Positions 63,864 through 64,000 of a stretch of DNA of 64,000 nucleotides are shown here, piece after piece; position 1 is the first letter of the stretch, and the number at the start of each line of letters is the position of its first letter. The notes beneath the pieces are model-generated. The model was not told the origin of the DNA. It was given only the letters and a program-made list of their open reading frames with translations, and ran no database searches. This DNA comes from Tubulanus polymorphus (Eukaryota > Animalia > Nemertea). A program made the translations under genes and the position numbers. The stretch is from assembly GCF_964204645.1 (NCBI RefSeq), contig NC_134027.1, positions 22,530,560 to 22,594,559 on the forward strand, in the 5' to 3' direction.

Positions 63864-64000
63864 TGATTTGTTCAAACCTCTAGTTACATGTATAACTGTA
63901 AATCTAGTTTTCAAAATAGATGCTGCGTTAACAAGCGGCTTCGGCATCTTTATAGCGGTGTACTTACCCGCGGCGTACTCTAACTCAAGCAGGACAGCTT

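Overview
Eukaryotic, AT-rich, intron-rich DNA from an invertebrate animal (probably a marine spiralian; this is an inference). By hand-splicing GT-AG exons I reconstruct three conserved genes. HSP90B1/endoplasmin lies on the - strand (18 coding exons, 809 aa, ends HDEL) and has ERSE elements upstream. A TTC41/GNN-like gene (N-terminal DUF4062-like domain, P-loop NTPase, TPR) lies head-to-head with it on the + strand, the same pairing seen in mammals; one in-frame TAG interrupts its coding-like last exon. MTMR14 lies on the - strand (18 exons, intact HCISGWDR active site). The most novel region is 53.9-64 kb, a tandemly duplicated unit missed by the ORF track. It holds two small spliced genes for secreted prepropeptides: signal peptide, RSRLRR cleavage site, a divergent mature peptide and Gly-stop amidation, predicting GWDWSSTQTW-amide and GWLSRIWGPMKFTRK-amide. 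A relic third copy follows, and the copies are interleaved with an intact intronless peptide-type rhodopsin GPCR and a pseudogenised paralog. Introns carry many MITEs (TTAA-, 5-bp- and 7-9-bp-TSD families), tRNA-derived SINEs, minisatellites next to splice donors and a long hairpin with a hammerhead-like core.
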